Assembly (NCBI RefSeq): GCF_009914755.1
Contig: NC_060939.1
From: the human T2T-CHM13v2.0 reference genome, Homo sapiens
Direction: 5' to 3' (one strand)
Length of the DNA stretch: 64,000 bases
Positions 53,830 through 64,000 of this stretch are shown here, piece after piece (the first letter of the stretch is position 1; every line of letters starts with the position of its first letter). The notes beneath the pieces are model-generated. The model ran no database searches. It was not told the origin of the DNA and saw nothing but the letters and a program-made list of their open reading frames with translations. Both the position numbers and the translations under genes were made by a program.

Positions 53830-56800
53830 GGCTACACATCAAGCCAGGAGATAACCGAATAAATCTTGTTTACCTTTTACTTCAAATCTATTTGGAGAGA
53901 AATAATATGCCTATTCATTCTTTTTTTATTTTTTATTTTTTATTTTTTATTATACTTTAAGTTCTGGGGTACATGTGCACAACGTGCAGGTTTGTTACAT
54001 AGGTATACCTGTGCCATGTTGGTTTGCTGCACCCATCAACTCATCATTTACATTAGGTATTTCTCCTAATGTTATCCCTCCCTCAGTCCCCCACCCAACA
54101 ACAGGCCTCAGTGTGGGATGTTCCCCTCCCTGTGTCCATGTGTTCATTGTTCAACTCCCACTTATGAGTGAGAACATGTGGTATTTGGTTTTCCGTCCTT
54201 GTGATAGTTTGCTGAGAATGATGGTTTCCAGCTTCATCTATGCCCTGCAAAGGACATGAACTCATCGTTTTTTATGGGTGCATAGTATTCCATGATGTAT
54301 ATGTGCCACATTTTCTTTATCCAGTCTATTATTAATGGACATTTGGGTTGGTTCCAAGTCTTTGTTATTGTGAATAGTGTCGCAGTAACCATGAGTGTGC
54401 ATGGCTCTTTATAGTAGAATGATTTATAATCCTTTGGGTATATACCTAGTAATGGGATCGCTGGGTCAAATGGTATTTCTAGTTCTAGACCCTTGAGGAA
54501 TCGCCACACTGTCTTCCACAGTGGTTGAACTAATTTACACTCCACCAACAGTGTAAAAGCGTTCCTATTTCTCCACATCTTCTCCAGCGTCCGTTGTTTC
54601 CTGACTTTTTAATGATTGCCATTCTAACTGGCGTGAGATGGTATCTCATTGTGGTTTTGATTTGCATTTCTCTGATGACCAGTGATGAGCATTTTTTCAT
54701 GTGTTTATTGGCTGCATAAATGTCTTCTTTTGAGAAGTGTCTGTTCATAACCTTTGCCCACTTCATTCTTGGTAGGAAGTCCTCCAATCTTGTCTGAGTC
54801 TTTGCCTTAATTTTACAGTTGGTATAATCAGCAGCAATAACCAGATAAAACATGCTATGGACCTTGGGTGAGACTCTGAGGTGGGCTGGCCTCAGTGTAA
54901 CTCAGTGTATTCACAGCTGTGGTGCCTATGAAGAGAAACTCCCTGCAAATGTTGCCAGGACTTGGGGATATATAAGGTCAGAAGAAAGAAGGGGACACCT
55001 TCTTTTCTGTCCTTCATGTACCCCCAGGTATTCACTGGAAAAAGAAAGAAACAAAGGGTTGCCTTTTGCTGTCTTTGCAAACGGGTAACCAATCATCCTC
55101 TGCCTGCACTCCTCTTGAGTGCATCCTGAATCACTGGAACTTTTTTGACCGTCAGACATACCCAATCTCTTGAGGAAGGACTTTTCTTTGTCTGTTCCCC
55201 CTTCACAGGACTCCAGGACTCCGGGGTTGATGGGGCTCCATAGCTCAGGGGAAGGGAACCCAGAAGCCTGACATGAAGTTTTTCCCAGTCGGACTTCTGG
55301 CTTCTCTCTGTGCAAACTGGTTGTAGGAATGATAAAAATTCACTGTGTTCTCTGCCCCTCCATAAGTTCAAAAGCCAGAGGTATTGGCCATTTGGTATGG
55401 CTAAGGTTGGGTAACAAGAGATTTAAAAGGACTCCTTAAAAAAGAGTGCTATGATTAAAAGTCAGCTTAATTAAAGGTAAATACCCAAGCTATAGGTATA
55501 TTTAAAAAGCCTTTATGTCTATTAGCGGTTCTTGTTTTTCTGGTATTTTTCTTCTCGGTTGACTGAATTATTTTTCTCCATTTTGTCTTGCCACTCTTAA
55601 TGCACACATGAGAAGGCCCCATGATAACTTCTGATGGTCTGGGACTCCTTGGGAAAAACAGAAGGCACCACTGACCCCATTTTGGGAAAAACCTCTGTTT
55701 TCCTCATGGAACCCCAAGAATTAGGGACAATGGATCCCTCTCAAAATCTGTTTTTGTCTTCCAGCTACGCCTGCTTATTAGGCCCTAGAAACTGCATGTT
55801 TTCCTAGCCTGTTTCTTGAGGGGCTCCACTCTGAGGCCAGTAATCCAATTAAGAGATTGGCAAATGAAACAACTTACAAGTACTGATCTACTTCTGTCTG
55901 TCTGTGTAGTTATATACATGTTGTGTGGTCTTTATATAAAAAGAGACCTCTAATTGATTGGCTTAAAGAAAAGAAATCACTTAGATCAAATATTTTTAAA
56001 GAAAAACAAAGCTGTAATGCCTTTTAGTTCATATGACTTTAATCTTTGAGAAATAAAAACAGCTTCAAAGATTATTGGTAAAATAAAAATGTCTTCAAAA
56101 TGTAAATGTAGTCTAAATTACACAGGTCAAAAACCAGGTTTGTTAAATGCTTTAAGATCATAAACTGCTTCTTTAGCTTTTGAAAATTGTTTGACTTGCC
56201 TGCTTTACAGTTTGGCAAGGCCTAGGGATGTAGGAGTTAACCACGCCCCTAGCTATGCTGAAAAGAATCAGACCTTATCCACACCTAGTACCTAACTAAA
56301 ATACCTTATCAGGTTTTACACCAGAATTAAAAATTGCTAAGAGTTAACATTATAACATGTAATTGAGATGACTGAAAATAGATTGACCTGGAAGGTGTGT
56401 AAGGAAAGTAAATGTGTATTTAGTAAAACATAAGAAAATTTTTGCTTAGATGGTTAAAGAATTGTCTTAAATTATATAAGATAAAGCCAAAAGTTTAAAC
56501 AAGTAGTGGAAGGTTTGTAAAAGTTAGTCTTGTAAAAAAAAAAAAAAAATACTGTGTGTGAACATATTGACTAAATTCAAAAGGGTATTATTTGGTTTTT
56601 CCATAAATTAAACATTGGGAATAAAAGTACAGCAAGGGTTTCTTAAGTCACTGATCTGTTATTTAATAATACCAAGTGTTTTAAAACTTTAACATATTTG
56701 ATAGGCTTCCTAAAATCAAATTTCAGTCTCAAAATTGTCTTTTCTGACCCCTAACTTTGGGATGCTACAGAGGGCCCCTGGAGCATCCAAAAGAGAGGTA

Positions 56801-57566
56801 AACAGGATTATTTGACATGTTTAGTTTCATGGGATTGTCAAAATAAAAAAGGTTTAATCTTCAGGCTATATTTTAGTGAATAATATCTATATATTCCAAA
56901 ATTGTATGGGACTTCTAAAATTCAAATTTCTGAGTATATGCTATCAATCATAATTAGGGTTATTATGTTGTTGTAAACCACAGAAATAACTGAATTTCTT
57001 TGTCAGTCATGTTTTTGAGTGTGACTACCTAAGACATTTTGTCATTCACAGACAATTGTTGTCTTGTTTTGATCCTCTTCAAAATATAGTTTATAATCAG
57101 CTATAGAATTTTGACAGGTGCTCATTAGTTGTTTTAATGTTTTGGACTGCATTTTAGACTAACCCTGCTTATTCCTGTGAACCAACCAGTGATTTCTGAC
57201 TGAAGCTCAGAAGACAGAAAGGGATGGGTAATGTCAAAATCTGGAACAATATTCTGATTCTGGGCATGTTGGCAGCTTCAGGATTTTTGAGCTGTCCTTA
57301 CCCCCTTGTTTCATTTTGATCCATGTCTTCTAATAACTTGGTTTGTCTCTTCTTGCCTTCAGACCGTCAAACTCCAAATGGTGTTGCAAATGGTACCTCA
57401 CACGATGGCTCCCTTTTACTGGAGACCTGTAGATAAGCCTCTGAGGGAAGATCTGACTGATATTTTCCCCCCAACAAAACAATGCTCCTTTGTCAGCATA
57501 AAGCAGTTAAGACCAGTCATCATCCCTATCCTAATGGAAGTTAGATGAACCTCCTCAGAGGTGGGA
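53830..57566 (+). mobile_element. ERV1 MER52/HUERS-type internal region (non-coding, no 5' LTR)
   Basis: Gag start relic ACG-GNQSSSACTPLECILNHWNFFD at 55081; long A-rich MER4-group spacer; Env TM tail PCLL..FVSSCLQTVKLQMVLQM..FYWRPVDKP (57306..); polypurine tract AGAGGTGGGA at 57557-57566. Confidence 0.8.
53921..54762 (-). mobile_element. 5'-truncated L1PA5-7-like 3' end
   Basis: (TTTTTTA)n tail, TATACTTTAAGTTCTGGGGTACATG, ORF2 C-terminus (ORFs 54234..54578 and 54530..54853); TSD TTCATTCTT on both sides. Confidence 0.92.
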
Positions 57567-59146
57567 TGAATGGCAGCAGTGGCCCATCTGGAGTGGCTGC
57601 TGCCATGATACCAGCTGCAGTCAGGGAGGCATGGCTGGGGCTGCACACTCCATGGACCCAGCAGGAGCTGCAAACAAGCAGAAGCCCCATCCCCTTCTAA
57701 GTTGGAGGGGCAGGAGCCCTGCCCTCCAGGATGCAGCTACAGCTGCCCAGCTGCAGCTGTAGACCCAGGCATCTCTGCACTCTTGGGAGCCTGGGAATTC
57801 CCCCTGTCACCACAGACTCAGAAATGTCTGCTCCCGCTGCCTGGCCTCTCCCAACTCCTGGTGCCAACTCTGATTTTGGAGTAAAGTGGCTGAGCCTGGG
57901 TGCTGTCACGACTTGGCCAGGTGTGTGCACACTCAGGGCAGTGCTGACATACAAGTCCCCTGACACCATGGCCCCCTCCAGATGTTGGGTGCTGACAAGC
58001 ATGGCAGGGAGGTTGAGGTGGGGGTTGAGGGCAGCTTAGCATGGGCCTGCAGGCACCCCTCAGCACAAACAGCCTGGGTGCAATGGGCACCGTGGATGAC
58101 AGGTTAATGGCAGCAGGAGGCAGACAGGCTCCTGGGCAAAAAGGGCCAGGTCCTCAGTGAAACCTCACCTTCAGGCCAGGGATGGCCTCAGGCCTGGGGG
58201 CTGTGCTGCCAATTCCATGGACCAGAGTGAGAACTTACAGTTCTTTTTTCAGGTCCACCCATGGTTGCCCATGAACCAATTAGCACACTCTTCCTCCCCT
58301 CTGAAGCCCATAAAAACCCCAGACTCAGCCAGACACAGGCAGATGATATTATGATCTGCCTGCAGAGAAGAGCTACCCACTGTAGGTCTCCTCTCTGTTG
58401 AGAGCTGAGCAGATGACAGGATGATCTACCTGCAGAGAGGAGATACCCACTGTAGGTCTCCCTTGAGCTGTTTTGTAGCTCAATAAAGCACCTCTTCACC
58501 TTGTTCTCCCTCCACTTATCCACTACCTCTTTCTTCCTGGATGCTAGAGAAGAACTTGGGACCTGCTGAATGACAGGGCCTAAAGAGCTGTAACAGAAAC
58601 AGAGCTGAAACATGCCCCTTACTTGCCATATTGTGGACAATGATGGGGAGAGAAGAGAGGAGGAGAGAAGAACTGCAGCCCTTTGGGGAGCCCAGACTTA
58701 GGAACTTCCCAAGCCAGGGCTGTAACACTCTCTCTGGGGCTCTGTGGTTCCTGGCATCTCCAAGCCTCTGGGCACCACTGCATTCCCCAGTGCCCCACTG
58801 CATTCCCCAGTGCCAGCTGTGGAAGCTGTTTGTGGTACACCTGGTCCATCTGCAGCCTCCCAGGGGCCCAGCACCTGGAACTGCTCACTCCACTGCAGCA
58901 GGCATGCCTGGCTGTATGCAGTGGCTGGACTCTGAGCTTGCTTGCTTGCTCACGCACCCCTCACTGCTCCATGCCTGGCTTGCCCTTGGCAGGCATGGGA
59001 TCCAGGCTGGTAGCATGAAGCAAGTGCAGCCTGACAGGCCAAGTGGGCTGAAAGAGCCCTGCAGGCCCCGGCAAAACCTGGGTGAAGGCACCACTGTCCA
59101 CAGAGGTTTCCAGCTGATGAAGTGACACCCCAAGTATCCTGTGACA
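57567..59146 (+). mobile_element. MER52 (MER52A-like) 3' LTR
   Basis: TGAATGGCAGCAGTGGCCCATCTGGAG start directly after the polypurine tract; GC-rich; CCCATAAAAACCCC; AATAAA ~58482; ends ATCCTGTGACA. Confidence 0.88.
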
Positions 59147-59260
59147 TTTCACAGAATTTACAGTGGTGTGCTGCTTCTTTTAAAGGATCTCCAGTTAATT
59201 ATTTTTAATATTGCTACATAGTTTGCAACCATAACCACTATCTAAATTTAGAAAATAATT

Positions 59261-59571
<311 letters not shown>

Positions 59572-59711
59572 CTATTAGTAATCATTCCTCATTTCTTCTT
59601 TCCATCAGTCTAAGTCAACCAGTAATCACTATTCTGTCTCTATAGATTTTCCTATTCTGGACATTTTATATATGTGGAATTATATGTAGTCCCATGTGGC
59701 TAGCTTTTTAA

Positions 59712-60061
<350 letters not shown>

Positions 60062-63000
60062 AGTATAATGTTTCTGAGGTTCATTCATGTTGTAGCATGT
60101 ATCATTACTTCATTCTTTTTATTGCTACATAATATTCCATTGTATGCATATACCACTTTATCTGTTCTTCATTGGATGGACATTGGGTTATTTCCACTTT
60201 TTGGTTACAGTGAATAATGTGAACATTTATCTGCAAGTTTTTGTGTGGACACATATTTTCATTTATCTTCCATGTGCAACTAGAAGTGGAATTGCTGGGT
60301 CATATTGATTTTGTATTCTGCAACTGTGCTGAACTTGTTTATAAGTTCTAGTAGTGCTTTAGTGTATTACTTAGGATTTTCTTCTTACAAGATAATGTCA
60401 TCTACAAACAGAATACAGTGTCATCTATAGATAGAAATAATCATCTTTTTTTCCAACATGGAGGCTTTTTATTTCTTTTTCTTGCTTAATTGCCATCTCT
60501 GCAACTTCTAGTACATTGTTGAATAGAAGCAATGACAGCAGACATCCTTGTCTTGCTCCTGATTAGGGATAAAGCTTTTGTCTTTCACCATTCAGTATAA
60601 TGTTAGTTGCAAGTTTTTCATAGATTCCTTTAATCAGGTTGAGGCAGTGTCCTATTTCTGCTTTGTTGAGTATCTTTATCATGAAAGGGTATTGGGTTTG
60701 TCAAATGCTTTTTTTTTTTTTTCGGTGTTTATTGAGATGCTCATGTAGTTTTTGTCCTTTATTCTGTTAATGTTGTATAATATAATTTATTGGTTTTTCA
60801 GATGTTAAATAAATCTTGCATTCCTTGGATAAATCACACTGGTTATGGTGTATAATCCTCTTTATACATTACTATATTCGGTTTGCTAGTGTTTTGTTTA
60901 GGATTTTGTATTTATATTTATTAGCAATATTGACAAGTCATTTTCTTTTCATGTGATGTTTTTGTCTGGTTTTGGTATCAAGGTAATACTGGCCTTGTAG
61001 AATGAATTGGGAGTATTTCCTCTGCTTATACTTTCTGGAAGAGTTTTTGAAAGATACATATTAATTCTGCCTTAAATGTTTGGTAGAATTCAACAGTGAA
61101 GCAATCTGGGTCTAGGCTTTTCTTTATGAAAAATTTTTTGATGACTAAATATTTTTACTTGTTATAGGTCTATTTAAATTATCTGTTTTTCCACTGCGTC
61201 TAATTTATCTAATTTGTTGGCATACAGCTGCTTGTAGAACTCTCATGATTTTTTATTTATGCAAAATTGGTAGCGATATTCCTTCTTTCACTTTTGATTT
61301 TGGTAATTTAACTCATCTCTTTTTTTTTGAAATCTAGCTAAAGCTTGGTATTCTTTTTTGTTCTTTTAAAAGGAACATCTTTGAATTTCGTTGATATTCT
61401 TTACTCTTTTATTATGCTCTACTTCATTTATTTTGCTCTACTTCATTTATTTCCACACTATTCTTTATTTCCTTCTTTCTGTGCATTTTGGTTTAGTTTA
61501 CCCCTCCATTTCTCATTTCTTAAGGTGAAATGTTAGGTTATTAATTTGAAATATTTCTTTTTTAGTATAGACAATTTTGTGGCTATTCAGATGATTTCTT
61601 ATTGATCAGTTTTTGTAGTTTGTATCTTTCTAAATTTTTCACTCCCTGTACATTATCTGATTTGTTGTTGGCATATGGTTTCTTTTATGTTGTGTTTTTA
61701 TTTTATTTATCTGAAAGTATTTATAATTTCCACTATGATTTCTTTGAATCACATATTCATGTGCTGTTTATTTTGTCCATATTTATGAATTTAGTCAATT
61801 TCTTTCTGTTGTTGATTTCTAATTCAACTTCATTATGTTCAGAGATCGTGCTTGTATGATTTCAAGTCTTTTACATTTGTTAAGACTTGTTTTATGGCTT
61901 AGCATATGGAGTATTTGAGAAAATGTTTCATTTGTGATTAAGGAATGTGTATTCTGCTCTTATTGGGTGGAGTGTTCTATAAATGTCTGCTATGTTGAGT
62001 TATTTTATAGTGTTGCTCAAGCATTCTTTTTTTTGGTTGATCTGCAAAATTGTTCTATACATTTTGAAATTGAGATCTTGAAGTTTCCAAATACTGACTT
62101 TTCTCCTTTTATTTGTCAATTTTTATATTTATTTTGATACTGTTTTTAGAAACATATGTTTATAATTATTTTATCTTCCTGATGTATTGACTTGTTATTA
62201 CACAGTTTCTATGTGAGAAGGCATGTCTTCAACCTAAAGTTTTTTTAATCTTCTCCTCGCACAGAATCTTAACATGAGCTACAGGAGAGCTGAGTAAATT
62301 CTCCTTTCTCAGGCACTATTCAGATTCTCAGGAATATTTCTGAGCTTTTAAAAGTTTCCTTTTGCCATCTAGTTTTCCTGGATTTACTCTTTCCTGGACA
62401 GGCTCTTATTTTACGGCAACTGAAATCACAGCCTTAGGCAGCTGTGGTATTGGCAGCAGATTACTATTATTTTTGGTAAATGCCTTAAGGTTAGGACTTA
62501 TTTTTTTTCTCCCTTGAGATGAGCTCTGAGAAAAATAACATAGAAACAATAACCTGGGAATAGAGATTTCCCTGGAAGCTTCTGATTAGAATAAAACATT
62601 GTTCTCTCTGGGTGATTCATCCAAGCAGCTTCAAAAGAGGTAAGTACCCTCCATTAAATGTGAGGCTGCTGGCTTTTATTACTACTGCATCAATAAAGTG
62701 GGTAGAGAAGGAAGTGGAATAGCCCCAAATTAAAAATTGTGAAAAGATAAAAAATTTTAAAAGCAGGCACCATTGTTTTATCATTTAGTAGTTGCTCTGG
62801 GGTAGATGATTTTCAGTTCAAATCTGTAGTTTTGGTTAATTTCCAGAATTCTGAAGTGGTTAATTAGTAGTTTTGCCATTATTTTCATGGTTTTTTGAGG
62901 ATGTTCACCAAAATTCTCACTGTGTCATCTTGGAAGTTAATATTTATGTAGCCCCTGTACATTTCAGCTGAATAATGGACCTGAGGAAGAATACTGAGAG

Positions 63001-63406
63001 TTCACTGGGAGAACTATGTTCATTTTCAGGTTGCCTTTACATTATGAGAAACAGTTGTTTAAAAATGCCACCTGAAAGACCAGGTTTTGCTGTAACAAAC
63101 AACTGAACACAACTGAAAATCTGTTTTTATAATTTAAACAGGTTAAAGACCTACTATTCTGCAAAACACTGCATCACTGTGTATGTAAAGATTAAGCCGA
63201 AATATGGATTTATTTATTTTCCAAGATGTTACACATAAGAAGCAGCTTGCTATTCTTGTATGCAAACAGAAAGTTAAAGTAGCAATTAGAAAAAAGATAA
63301 GTAAATACAGACCGACTAAATCTCTTTTCAGGAAAAAAGAACAAAACAAAAACAAAAACAAAAATCAAAACAATTGCCTTAAAAGGCTGTTGTAAGAGGC
63401 ACTGAA

Positions 63407-63540
63407 GGCGGGTGTGGTGGTTTATGCCTGTAATCCCAGCATTTTGGGAGGCCGAGGCAGGATAATGACTTAAGCCCAAGAGTTCAAGGGCAGCCTAGTG
63501 TGAGACCCTGTCTCTACAAAAATTAAAAAAACAAAAAAAG
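63407..63540 (+). mobile_element. Alu monomer (FLAM_C / AluJ left arm)
   Basis: Single left arm with A-rich tail; TSD-like AAGAGGCACTGAA / AAGAAGTGCTGAG. Confidence 0.8.
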
Positions 63541-64000
63541 AAGTGCTGAGCAAGTTTAGGGTATTTAACTATAATGAGTTAACTTAGTGCTGATAGGATA
63601 TTCATGACCCCATGGTTGATTGAAATGAGCTTGCCTGCCACTTGAAGCTTTTTGTTCTTCAAAACAAGATTGACCAGCGGGTCCTAATGTTCTTAACACT
63701 GAAGATTTCTGGGGAGATTGAGTTCTTGTTACTCACTTAGCCACTCTTCCTTGTTTCTATCTCTGAGTCATACTCACTGTTTCTCCCTTGTAGATGTTGG
63801 GATTGCTTTCCAAACAATTCAGGTCCCTTTCTCAGGCATGCTTTTCAGTGCCACCCAAATTAGCCTCTATTCCATTTATAGTGCCTGTAACTGTTCTGTC
63901 TCCCTGATAATTACCTAATAATGAGTCAATAAAATTAAACCAGGCCTTGTTTAATATGTGACTATTTTGTATAGCTCCTTTCTTCTGGCTGTCTGACTGC

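Noticed and set aside
57306-57548. Syncytin-like env gene
   Set aside because: Only a short, degenerate TM cytoplasmic tail; no SU or ectodomain.
57697-59152. Many overlapping ORFs up to 164 aa
   Set aside because: GC-rich MER52 LTR; no recognisable protein.

Overview
Hominoid genomic DNA, probably human or another great ape (it contains an SVA, AluY and L1PA3). It is AT-rich, and most of it comes from transposable elements. I found no cellular protein-coding exon, RNA gene or CRISPR array; every long ORF in the track lies in a repeat. Main contents: (1) a near-full-length, inactive L1PA3-type LINE-1 at 16317-22436 (+), which keeps the ~129-bp ZNF93-target segment and an open ORF0 but lacks the 5' YY1 site and a target-site duplication (TSD); (2) an old, short-VNTR SVA at 9178-10568 (-); (3) a ~15-kb nested stack at 32.9-48.1 kb, where an L1MA hosts MLT2, Tigger1, three L1PA13-17 pieces and five Alus; (4) a MER52-type ERV1 provirus without its 5' LTR at 53.8-59.1 kb; (5) several ERVL gag relics and solo LTRs. 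I cannot support a new multi-gene system. The best leads are a CpG-preserved patch with a perfect CTCF core at 3.6-4.4 kb (possible germline-unmethylated regulatory element), the YY1-less L1 with read-through ORF0, a candidate L1 3' transduction, and a fold-back filler at an L1 5' junction. Subfamily names come from recalled consensus motifs, not database alignment, and boundaries of old elements are approximate.
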